Positions 17,902 to 26,472 of a stretch of DNA of 32,000 nt are shown here, in pieces. The stretch comes from Geobacter metallireducens GS-15 (GTDB lineage: Bacteria; Desulfobacterota; Desulfuromonadia; Geobacterales; Geobacteraceae). A program made the position numbers and the translations under genes. The notes under the pieces were generated by a model. The model did not search any database. It had not been told where the DNA came from and saw only the letters and a list, made by a program, of their open reading frames with translations. How positions within the stretch are numbered: the first letter of the stretch is position 1; every line of letters starts with the position of its first letter. The stretch is from the NCBI RefSeq assembly GCF_000012925.1, contig NC_007517.1:930001-962000 (forward strand), read 5' to 3'.

Positions 17902-19491
17902 ATGATAGCTACCCCCCCCCGACAAGCTGTTGCCATCGCACTCGCGATGCTGGCCTTCGGCGCTCTGCCGACGCAGGTGCGCGCCATTGACCCGCGCTTT
18001 GAGCTCGATCCGCGTTTCCTTGACAAGACCGCTGAATCACCTGCCAAGGAACGGGAGGAACGGCCGGTTCGAAAAGCGGCACGGTCGGCGACCGGGGCGT
18101 CTCACTATACCTATACCGTTAAGCCGGGGGACCACATTTTCAAAATTCTCATGAAGGAGTACGGTCTTTCCAATGCCGAGGCCGAAGCCCTCGTGCCCGA
18201 AGTGAAGCGTCTTAACGGAATCACGGACATCAGGAGACTCCATGCGGGGCAGTCCCTGCGCATCCCGCTGACGCACCGGCGCGAACATGCCGATGTGGCT
18301 GAGCGGAAGGAATCGAAGATTGTCCGCGGGGCGCCTGCAAGGACTGACGGTGCTGGAGGGAAAAGGCCGGGGTCTCTTGCCGCAGCCTCAGCCGGCAGTG
18401 ACGGGAAGTCCGCGGGTCACACCATGCGGATGATGAATCTCTCCCCCGAGCAGGAACCGGCCAATCTCGACGCGGTTCGTCAAGTCTGGGGTGGCCTTGT
18501 CCCTTCCCGGCCGGTATCCTCTCGGCCGATTTCCATCGAGGACAAGAACTTTTCCCTGTCCCTCGACCCGGAATCATTCCCCTCGTTCCCCGCGGCAGAT
18601 GGGGGAAGAGTGCTTGTGGATGCCGGGGGGAAGATTCCTCCTCTCGTGAGATCCCTCATTGAGGAGAAGGATCCGTCGGTGCGCATCGTTTCCGAGAGCC
18701 CCCGCAACCGCAAGCGCTTTATGGCGTCGCTTCTGGAAGGCGCCCGCTTCTATTCGGTGGCGGACAATGTCGCCCTCTCGTTTGGCGCCGATCCCAAGCT
18801 GACGGTCAACGCCGATTTCAAGATCGAAAAGACCCCGGAAAGCGTCCTGAATCACGATGTGGTGCTGATGAGCGTCGAGGAGTACCGGCGCGGTATGCCG
18901 CCGGTTCTGGTCCAGTTTCTTCGCCGCGAGGGGTTTCAGGTTCTGGAGCCCTTTCCCGCCGGTGACCAGGCATTGCCCCGTGGCGGGCGGACCCTTCACC
19001 AGATCACTGCCCACGATACCCGGGGGATCGTCGATGGTCTTCTGCGGGCACTCGACGTGCGCTACGAGGCTGACCGCAGCGTAGAGCTCTACGGTATGTC
19101 CGACGGCGGGCTCAGGCTCGAAGTGCGGGCCGACCGCTACTTCGAGGACGGGCGCGACCGCTATGTCGTGAGCTACTTTGATGGAGATCCGGTTTCCTAT
19201 ACCCTGACGAGGCTCCTTGAGACCCGGGGGTATCGGGTCGTTGTCCTTGACCCGAAGGACGACTTCCGGAAGGTTTCCGAAAAACTACTGGCTAGGCTCC
19301 GGCTTCCCGGTGTTTTCGCCCAGCACGATCTCCTCCAGTACCGGGACGCGCCCTACGGCATCCAGATGTCGGGGGTCCGCATGCGTGCCCAGGGGGCAGG
19401 GGGAGAGTCGGTCTTTCTTACCAATGTCGAGCTCGATCCGCTCTTCAGGGATCTCCTCGATTACAGCGGCTACTCGGTCATTTCCCATTAA
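17902..19491 (+). CDS. Secreted LysM-domain protein with four internal repeats of about 90 aa; function unknown
   Basis: The ATG at 17902 is preceded by GGGAG. The signal peptide is MIATPPRQAVAIALAMLAFGALPTQVRA. The LysM-like segment is YTYTVKPGDHIFKIL...LHAGQSLRIPL. The ORF's upstream extension to 17824 runs through A+T-rich promoter-like DNA. Confidence 0.7.
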   Translation: MIATPPRQAVAIALAMLAFGALPTQVRAIDPRFELDPRFLDKTAESPAKEREERPVRKAARSATGASHYTYTVKPGDHIFKILMKEYGLSNAEAEALVPEVKRLNGITDIRRLHAGQSLRIPLTHRREHADVAERKESKIVRGAPARTDGAGGKRPGSLAAASAGSDGKSAGHTMRMMNLSPEQEPANLDAVRQVWGGLVPSRPVSSRPISIEDKNFSLSLDPESFPSFPAADGGRVLVDAGGKIPPLVRSLIEEKDPSVRIVSESPRNRKRFMASLLEGARFYSVADNVALSFGADPKLTVNADFKIEKTPESVLNHDVVLMSVEEYRRGMPPVLVQFLRREGFQVLEPFPAGDQALPRGGRTLHQITAHDTRGIVDGLLRALDVRYEADRSVELYGMSDGGLRLEVRADRYFEDGRDRYVVSYFDGDPVSYTLTRLLETRGYRVVVLDPKDDFRKVSEKLLARLRLPGVFAQHDLLQYRDAPYGIQMSGVRMRAQGAGGESVFLTNVELDPLFRDLLDYSGYSVISH

Positions 19492-19509
19492 AGAGGGTTT
19501 CCTGCTGCC

Positions 19510-21438
19510 ATGTCCGTAAAGAAGGTCGGAGAGATACTTGTTGAAAATCGGCTGATTACCGAAGATCAGCTGCGGGAGGCCCTGGAACTTCAGAAGGTCT
19601 TCCCCGATCAGCCCGTGGGGCAGCTCCTCTGCAAGCTCGGCTTCCTTACCGAAAGCGATCTCTCCTACATCCTTGAACAGACCGGCAAGCGCCAGAAGCT
19701 TGGCGATATCCTCGTGCGTGAGCGGCTCATCGACCAGGAACGTCTTGGCCAGGCCCGCGAGGTCGCCAAGCGGGACGGCATCCCCCTCGCCAGGGCTCTG
19801 CGCAAGCTTCGCGTTGTGGAGGAGGAACCCCTCGCCAAGGCGGTGGCCGTCCAGTACGATCTGTCTTTCGTGCACATCAATACCCTTGAGATTGAAGCGG
19901 AGCTTGCCCGCTACATCAACCCCTCCTATGCCCAGAAGCAGCGGATTGTCCCCATCTCCAAGATTGGCAATACCCTGACCCTGGCCATGGCCTATCCGAT
20001 AAGACTCCAGGAGCTGAAGGATCTCGAGCAGAGCATCCGTTCGCGGATTATTCCCGTTATCGCCGTGGAGAGTGAAATCCTCAAGGCCCAACAGCGCCTC
20101 TACCGGACCGCTGCCAGTTCTGTTGCCACCTTCGATGAGGCTGACCTTGAGATCGGTCCGGGAAGCATCTCGGAAATCCTGGGGGCCAATGCCGACGATG
20201 AACCCGACATCGAGGACGAGGTCAAGAAGGTATCCGAGCGTGACAGCATTATTGTGAAGCTCGTCAACAAGATCATCTTCGACGCCCACCAGAGCCGTGC
20301 CTCCGACATTCATATCGAGCCGTACCACGGCAAGAACGATATTGTTGTCCGGATGCGGGTGGACGGTCGGTGCAAGGTCTACCAGCGCATCCCCTACCGC
20401 TATAAGTACGCGATCCCCTCCCGCCTCAAGATCATGGCCGAGCTCGACATTGCCGAAAAACGCAAGCCCCAGGACGGAAAGATCAATTTCAAGAAGTTCG
20501 GTCCCCTCGACATGGAGCTTCGCATCGCCACCATGCCTACCGCCGGCGGGTTGGAGGATGTGGTGATCCGGCTTGTTAATACCGGCGAGACCTTTTCCTT
20601 TGATAAACTGGGCCTGACCGAACGGAACATGCGCATCTTCAGCGAGGCCGTAAGCAAGCCCTACGGCCTGGTTCTCGTGGTGGGCCCCACGGGGAGCGGC
20701 AAGACCACCACGCTCCACGCGGCGATTTCCCGGATAAACAGTCCCGAGGTGAAGATCTGGACCGCCGAGGACCCGGTGGAGATCACTCAGAAGGGACTGC
20801 GGCAGGTGCAGGTCAACCCCCGGATTGGCCTCACCTTCCCGGCGGCGCTTCGTTCGTTCCTGCGGCTCGACCCCGATGTCATCATGGTGGGGGAAATGCG
20901 GGACGAGGAAACCGCTTCCATCGCCGTGGAGGCTTCCCTGACCGGACACCTGGTCCTTTCCACACTCCATACCAACTCGGCCCCCGAAACCGTGACCCGC
21001 CTTTTGGAGATCGGGCTTGATCCGTTCAGCTTCTCCGATTCGCTTATCTGTATCGTTGCCCAGCGCCTGGCCCGGCGTCTCTGCGAGGAGTGCCGCGAGG
21101 TCTACCGTCCTGACAGGCAGGAGCTTGCAGAGATCATCGCGGAGTACGGCGAGGAGCAGTTCGCCGCCACCGGCCTCGTGGGAAACGAACTCGTCCTTGC
21201 CCGGGCAGTGGGGTGCCCTTCCTGTGGCCAGACCGGCTACCGCGGCCGCCTCGGTATCCACGAGGTGCTCGAATGTACGGATGGTCTGAAAAGCCTGATA
21301 AAAAAGCGGTCTGAAACCGAACTTATCCGCCGCCTGGCCATGGACGAAGGGATGACGACCCTTCGTCAGGACGGCATACTTAAGGTCTTACAGGGCCTCA
21401 CCGACATCCACGAGGTCCGCAAGGTTTGTCTGAAATGA
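19510..21438 (+). CDS. GspE/PilB/MshE-family secretion/pilus ATPase with an MshEN-type N-terminal domain
   Basis: Walker A GPTGSGKTTT, Walker B/Asp box DPDVIMVGEMRD, His box TGHLVLSTLHTNSA and a Zn motif CEEC...CPSC are present. The N-terminus has tandem (K/R)(L/V)Gxx(L/I)(L/V) motifs. AGAGGG is the RBS, 18 nt after the LysM gene. Confidence 0.9.
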   Translation: MSVKKVGEILVENRLITEDQLREALELQKVFPDQPVGQLLCKLGFLTESDLSYILEQTGKRQKLGDILVRERLIDQERLGQAREVAKRDGIPLARALRKLRVVEEEPLAKAVAVQYDLSFVHINTLEIEAELARYINPSYAQKQRIVPISKIGNTLTLAMAYPIRLQELKDLEQSIRSRIIPVIAVESEILKAQQRLYRTAASSVATFDEADLEIGPGSISEILGANADDEPDIEDEVKKVSERDSIIVKLVNKIIFDAHQSRASDIHIEPYHGKNDIVVRMRVDGRCKVYQRIPYRYKYAIPSRLKIMAELDIAEKRKPQDGKINFKKFGPLDMELRIATMPTAGGLEDVVIRLVNTGETFSFDKLGLTERNMRIFSEAVSKPYGLVLVVGPTGSGKTTTLHAAISRINSPEVKIWTAEDPVEITQKGLRQVQVNPRIGLTFPAALRSFLRLDPDVIMVGEMRDEETASIAVEASLTGHLVLSTLHTNSAPETVTRLLEIGLDPFSFSDSLICIVAQRLARRLCEECREVYRPDRQELAEIIAEYGEEQFAATGLVGNELVLARAVGCPSCGQTGYRGRLGIHEVLECTDGLKSLIKKRSETELIRRLAMDEGMTTLRQDGILKVLQGLTDIHEVRKVCLK

Positions 21439-21461
21439 TGTTTGTGTAAACCAGAAAAGAT

Positions 21462-21490
21462 TTGCATTTTTGCCATCTTTCCTATACATT
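21462..21490 (+). promoter_or_regulatory. Weak candidate sigma70 promoter for pheA
   Basis: TTGCAT (21462-21467), a 17-nt spacer, then TACATT (21485-21490). Confidence 0.25.
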
Positions 21491-21543
21491 ACCCCCTCCA
21501 CGGCATGTCCGCTAACTCCCCACCGGATGGTCCCATACGCACC

Positions 21544-22611
21544 ATGAAAACGCTCCAAGAGCTGCGTCGTGATATCGACGCCATTGATGATCAGATCCTG
21601 GATCTTCTTAACAGCCGCTCCCGGCTGGCCATAGAGGTCGGCAAGGTCAAAGCGGGAGAGAACCGCGACTTCCACGTCCCGAGCCGTGAACGGGAAATCT
21701 ATGAGCGGCTTGCGGCCGGGAATTCTGGACCCTTCCCGAACGAGGCGGTCCGGAGCGTCTTCCGGGAGATCATTTCTGCTTCCCTTGCCCTCGAATCCCC
21801 CATGAAGGTTGCCTTTCTCGGCCCCAAGGCGACGTTCACTCATCTTGCTTCCCTGCAGCATTTCGGCCTGTCGGCGGAACTCGTCCCCCAGAAGTCTATC
21901 CCTGCTGTTTTCGAGGAGGTCAGCAAGGGGCGTTCCCTCTACGGCGTGGTTCCGGTGGAAAACTCCACCGAGGGGATGGTTTCCCACACCCTCGACATGT
22001 TCATGGAGAGCGATCTCAAAATCAACGCGGAGATACTCCTGGAGGTTTCCCATGATCTCCTCTCCCGCACCGGCCGCTTGGAGGATGTGAAGAAGGTCTA
22101 CTCCCACCCCCAGGCCATTGCCCAGTGCCGCAACTGGCTCGACGAGAATCTGTCGGGCGTGCCGGTGGTGGATGTGGCCTCCACGGCCCTGGCGGCCCAG
22201 ATCGTCGGGGAGGACTATACCGCCGCCGCCATTGCCAGCGAGTTTGCTGCGGCGCTGTATGATCTGAAAGTGGTGCGCCACAGGATCGAGGACCAGGTGA
22301 ACAACTTCACCCGCTTCCTGGTTGTGGGGCGGAAAATGGCAGATCGGTGCGGCGACGACAAGACCTCCCTCATGTTTTCGGTCAAGGACGAGCCGGGAAT
22401 CCTCCACCGGATGCTGGAGCCCTTTGCCAAACGGGGGGTCAACCTGTCCAAGATCGAGTCGCGCCCCCTCAAGAAAAAGGCCTGGGAGTACATATTTTTC
22501 CTCGATCTGGCCGGCCACATCTCAGATCCGGTGGTGTCCGACGCGGTCCAGGAACTGAAGAACTACTGCCAGTTTGTCAAGATCCTCGGATCATACCCCC
22601 GGGCGAAATAG
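21544..22611 (+). CDS. pheA: Bifunctional chorismate mutase / prephenate dehydratase (P-protein)
   Basis: The chorismate mutase start is LRRDIDAIDDQILDLLNSR. The prephenate dehydratase block is FLGPKATFTH...VPVENSTEG...TRFLVVG. The ACT domain is TSLMFSVKDEPG. I prefer the ATG at 21544. The ATG at 21505 and the ORF start at 21442 are alternatives. Confidence 0.9.
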   Translation: MKTLQELRRDIDAIDDQILDLLNSRSRLAIEVGKVKAGENRDFHVPSREREIYERLAAGNSGPFPNEAVRSVFREIISASLALESPMKVAFLGPKATFTHLASLQHFGLSAELVPQKSIPAVFEEVSKGRSLYGVVPVENSTEGMVSHTLDMFMESDLKINAEILLEVSHDLLSRTGRLEDVKKVYSHPQAIAQCRNWLDENLSGVPVVDVASTALAAQIVGEDYTAAAIASEFAAALYDLKVVRHRIEDQVNNFTRFLVVGRKMADRCGDDKTSLMFSVKDEPGILHRMLEPFAKRGVNLSKIESRPLKKKAWEYIFFLDLAGHISDPVVSDAVQELKNYCQFVKILGSYPRAK

Positions 22612-22614
22612 CCG

Positions 22615-23484
22615 TTGGATACAATGCCCTTCATCCATAGATTAGCCATCATCGGCGTTGGCCTTATCGGCGGCTCCCTGGCCCGCATCCTGCGAGAGAA
22701 GGGGGCGGTGGGGGAGATTGTCGGAATCGGGCGCGGCGAAGCAAACCTGCGCAAGGCGGTGGAACTTGGGGTTATCGATCGGTACTCCCTGGATTCCGTA
22801 GCCGGCGTCGAGGGTGCTGACGTCGTTTTCCTGGCCACGCCGGTCTGCTCCATTCCTTCCATAACGGCCGAGATTGCCCCCCATCTGGCTCCCGGTTGCG
22901 TGGTGACCGACGGGGGGAGCGTGAAGGAAGAGATTGTTTCCGCCTGCGAACCCCTCATGCCGAACGGGATTCATTTCGTCGGCGGGCACCCCATCGCCGG
23001 CACCGAGCACTCGGGTGTGGAAGCGTCGTTTTCCTCCCTCTATGTGGGAAAGCGCTGCATCGTGACCCCTACCTCCCGTACCAGCCAGGATGCCCTTGCC
23101 AAGGTGGTGCGGATGTGGGAGGTCGCCGGTTCCGAAGTGGTCATCATGGATACGGAGAAGCACGACCGGGTGCTTGCGGCCATTTCCCATCTCCCCCACA
23201 TGGTTGCCTATGCTCTGGTGAATGCCGTTGAAGGGTACGACCGCTTCGAGGAGAGTATCCTTCGCTACTCCGCCGGCGGGTTCCGCGACTTTACCCGGAT
23301 AGCCTCGTCGGACCCGGCCATGTGGCGGGACATCGCCCTCATGAATCGGGAAGCGGTCATCGAAATGATGGACCATTTTGCCGCATACTTTGCGAGACTC
23401 CGGGAGTTGGTGGCAGCGGCCGACGCCCCTGGACTCGAACGCTTCTTCCGGGAATCGAAGGAAAGCAGAGACGCTATTCTGTAG
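22615..23484 (+). CDS. tyrA: Prephenate dehydrogenase
   Basis: The Rossmann motif IIGVGLIGGSLA, GGHPIAG and DRVLAAISHLPH are present. The start is the TTG at 22615 or the ATG at 22624. Confidence 0.85.
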   Translation: MDTMPFIHRLAIIGVGLIGGSLARILREKGAVGEIVGIGRGEANLRKAVELGVIDRYSLDSVAGVEGADVVFLATPVCSIPSITAEIAPHLAPGCVVTDGGSVKEEIVSACEPLMPNGIHFVGGHPIAGTEHSGVEASFSSLYVGKRCIVTPTSRTSQDALAKVVRMWEVAGSEVVIMDTEKHDRVLAAISHLPHMVAYALVNAVEGYDRFEESILRYSAGGFRDFTRIASSDPAMWRDIALMNREAVIEMMDHFAAYFARLRELVAAADAPGLERFFRESKESRDAIL

Positions 23485-23522
23485 GGAAGGCAGTTCCTAA
23501 ATCTCAGCCAAGGTGGTTAATC

Positions 23523-24812
23523 GTGCAGAGCTATACCGTTCGGCCGGCCAAGGGGATTCGTGGCGAGATCACCGTTCCCGGCGACAAGTCCATATCCCAC
23601 CGTTCCATCATGCTCGGTTCCATTGCCCGCGGGGAAACCACGGTGCGCGGCTTTCTCCGGGGCGAGGACAATATTGCCACCCTGAACGCCTTCCGGGCCA
23701 TGGGCGTTGTCATCGACGACGACGGCGAGACGCTCCGCATCGCCGGGAAAGGACTTCGTGGCCTCGCGGAACCGACGGACGTCCTTGACTGCGGCAATTC
23801 CGGGACTTCCATGAGGCTTCTGACCGGTCTTCTGGCTCCCCAACGGTTCTACTCGGTGCTGTCCGGCGACCAGTACCTGCGGCGCCGTCCCATGCGGCGG
23901 GTGGTGGAGCCCCTCTCACGGATGGGTGCCTGCATTCATGGTCGTGAAGGAGGGGAAAAGGCGCCCCTTGCCATTGTCGGACGGGACCTGAAAGGGATCT
24001 CCTACACGTCGTCCGTTGCGAGTGCCCAGGTGAAGTCGGCGCTCATGCTGGCCGGGCTCTATGCAGAAGGTGAGACGCGGGTTACCGAGCCGCACCTTTC
24101 CCGGGATCACTCGGAGCGGATGTTTCGCCACTTCGGAGCCGACATCGAGAACGGCCCCGCCGGAGTAGTCGTCCGCGGCGGCCGGGAGTTGGAAGGGCGG
24201 GACATTATAGTTCCCGGAGATATCTCGTCTGCCGCCTTCTTCATGGTGGCGGCCCTCATCGTCCCCGGCTCCGAGCTTCTCATCCGCGGGGTCGGGGTGA
24301 ACCCGACACGCACCGGCATCATCGACATCCTGACCGCCATGGGAGGCTCCCTGGAGTTGCTCGACCAGCGGGAGGTTTCCGGAGAGCCGGTTGCCGATAT
24401 ACTGGTACGCTCGTCTCGCCTCAAGGGGATTGAAATTGCCGGCGAGGTGGTCCCCCGGGCCATCGATGAATTCCCCGTCATCTGTGTCGCCGCTGCCGTG
24501 GCCGAGGGGCGCACTGTCGTCAGGGAGGCCCGGGAACTCCGTGTCAAGGAGACCGACCGGATTGCCGCCATGGCCACCAACCTGCGGGCGGTAGGTGTGA
24601 CGGTCACCGAAAGCGAAGACGGCATGGATATCGAGGGGGCGGAGCAGATTGCCGCAGGCACCGTGGAGAGCTTCGGCGATCACCGGATCGCCATGTCGAT
24701 GCTCATCGCGGGCCTCACGGCAGGGGGCGATATTACCGTTACCGACACCGAGTGTATCGGCACGTCGTTCCCCACGTTCTTCCCGCTGCTCGAAAAGGTT
24801 GCGGCCCGGTGA
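23523..24812 (+). CDS. aroA: 3-phosphoshikimate 1-carboxyvinyltransferase (EPSP synthase)
   Basis: PGDKSISHRSIMLG, LDCGNSGTSMRLL and DHRIAMS are present. The GTG at 23523 gives a 429-aa protein. The ORF's 67-aa upstream extension overlaps the tyrA 3' end and is not EPSPS-like. Confidence 0.93.
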   Translation: MQSYTVRPAKGIRGEITVPGDKSISHRSIMLGSIARGETTVRGFLRGEDNIATLNAFRAMGVVIDDDGETLRIAGKGLRGLAEPTDVLDCGNSGTSMRLLTGLLAPQRFYSVLSGDQYLRRRPMRRVVEPLSRMGACIHGREGGEKAPLAIVGRDLKGISYTSSVASAQVKSALMLAGLYAEGETRVTEPHLSRDHSERMFRHFGADIENGPAGVVVRGGRELEGRDIIVPGDISSAAFFMVAALIVPGSELLIRGVGVNPTRTGIIDILTAMGGSLELLDQREVSGEPVADILVRSSRLKGIEIAGEVVPRAIDEFPVICVAAAVAEGRTVVREARELRVKETDRIAAMATNLRAVGVTVTESEDGMDIEGAEQIAAGTVESFGDHRIAMSMLIAGLTAGGDITVTDTECIGTSFPTFFPLLEKVAAR

Positions 24813-25516
24813 GCGGCGTGGGAAGACGGGGACTCATCATAGCCATTGACGGACCCTCCGGCGCAGGGAAGAGCACCATCACCAAGCGCCTGGCCGACCG
24901 CCTCGGCTATGTCCACATCGACACCGGCGCCATGTTCCGGGCAGTGGCTCTCGTTGCGAAACGGGCAGGCCTGGACGGTGCCGACGACGAGTCCCTTGAG
25001 CGGTTGTGCCGTGGGATAGAGATCGATTTTTTTCGCAACAACGGCTGCTGCCGCGTCATCGTCAACGGCGAGGATGTGACCGAAGCCATCAGGACGCCGG
25101 ACATCAGTTCCCTGACATCGGCCATCTCGGCCCGCAAGGTCGTCCGTGATTTTCTTCTGACGCTCCAACGCCGTATGGGGAATGAAGGGGGCGTGATCCT
25201 GGAGGGGCGGGACATCGGCACCGTGGTTTTCCCCAATGCTGATGTCAAATTCTTCCTCTCTGCGTCGGTGGAGGAGCGCGGACGACGCCGCTGGCTCGAA
25301 TTGACGGGCAAGGGCGTGAATGTCACCTTGGAAGACACGGTTTCGGCCGTCGCCCTGAGGGATAAACAGGATTCGGGGCGCGAGCATGCTCCCCTCAGGC
25401 GAGCCGATGACGCCATAGACGTCGATTCGACCGGCCTTTCCATAGATCAGGTGATCGCCATCATGGAGGGGATGGTCCGGGAAAAGGAGCAGGCCCACAG
25501 CGTCTGCGCCCCCTGA
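24809..25516 (+). CDS. cmk: Cytidylate kinase
   Basis: IAIDGPSGAGKSTI...IDTGAMFRAVAL is the Cmk signature. The GTG at 24809 overlaps the aroA stop as GTGA. The GTG at 24818 is an alternative start. Confidence 0.9.
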   Translation: MSGVGRRGLIIAIDGPSGAGKSTITKRLADRLGYVHIDTGAMFRAVALVAKRAGLDGADDESLERLCRGIEIDFFRNNGCCRVIVNGEDVTEAIRTPDISSLTSAISARKVVRDFLLTLQRRMGNEGGVILEGRDIGTVVFPNADVKFFLSASVEERGRRRWLELTGKGVNVTLEDTVSAVALRDKQDSGREHAPLRRADDAIDVDSTGLSIDQVIAIMEGMVREKEQAHSVCAP

Positions 25517-25555
25517 AAAACCAACGAATAAAGAACACTCTGGAGTCTCAATCAT

Positions 25556-26404
25556 ATGGAAATAATTCTGGCCAAGCGGGCCGGCTTTTGCTTCGGCGTT
25601 AAACGGGCCACCCAGATGGCCTTCGAGGCGGCCGAAAAAGAGGGGAAAACCTACTCCCTCGGTCCCATAATCCACTCGCCTCAGGTGGTGCACCGGCTTG
25701 AGGAGATGGGTGTTAAGGTTCTCAAGGGGCTCGGCGAAATAACCGACGGGACCATCATAGTCCGTTCCCACGGCGTGACTTCGGAGGAGTTGGAAGAGGC
25801 GGTCCGGAAGGAACTTGAAGTCGTCGATGCCACCTGTCCCTTTGTCAAGAAGGCCCAAGAGAATGTTCAGAATCTCTCCGAGGCCGGTTACGAAGTGGTT
25901 GTTGTGGGGGATGCCGATCATCCCGAGGTCCAGGGGATCGTTTCCTACGCCAAGGGGAAGGTTTGCGTGGTCGGGTCCGAGGAGGAAGCGGCACGGTTGC
26001 CGAAGATGAAGAAGATCGGCATAGTCGCCCAGACCACTCAATCTTTCGATAATCTGAAGCATGTGGTCCTCGAATGTCTTCGCAAGGGGGCAGAAATTCG
26101 CATCTTCAACACCATCTGTGATGCGACGGCCGTGCGCCAGCAGGAGGCGACGGCTTTGGCCCGCACGGTTGACTGCATGATCGTTATCGGTGGCTACAAC
26201 AGCGCCAATACCAAACGCCTCGCCGAGGTCTGCGCTGAACTCCAACCCCGGACCCATCAGATTGAGACGGCCCAGGAGATCAACCCTGCCTGGTTCGAGG
26301 GGGTAGCCAAGGTGGGGGTGACCGCCGGAGCGTCAACTCCCAAGTGGCTCATCGATGAGGTGATCGAGCGGATCAGAGAGATTGATAGTGCTAAAACTAG
26401 TTGA
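25556..26404 (+). CDS. ispH: 4-hydroxy-3-methylbut-2-enyl diphosphate reductase
   Basis: AGFCFGVKRA, the conserved cysteines (C12, C94-type DATCPFV, and NTIC) and SANT are present. Confidence 0.93.
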   Translation: MEIILAKRAGFCFGVKRATQMAFEAAEKEGKTYSLGPIIHSPQVVHRLEEMGVKVLKGLGEITDGTIIVRSHGVTSEELEEAVRKELEVVDATCPFVKKAQENVQNLSEAGYEVVVVGDADHPEVQGIVSYAKGKVCVVGSEEEAARLPKMKKIGIVAQTTQSFDNLKHVVLECLRKGAEIRIFNTICDATAVRQQEATALARTVDCMIVIGGYNSANTKRLAEVCAELQPRTHQIETAQEINPAWFEGVAKVGVTAGASTPKWLIDEVIERIREIDSAKTS

Positions 26405-26472
26405 ATTTTCAAATAGATATGTGTTACGTTTGCATATCCTAATCCACAAACGATTCAGGGAGGCCAGCTTTA

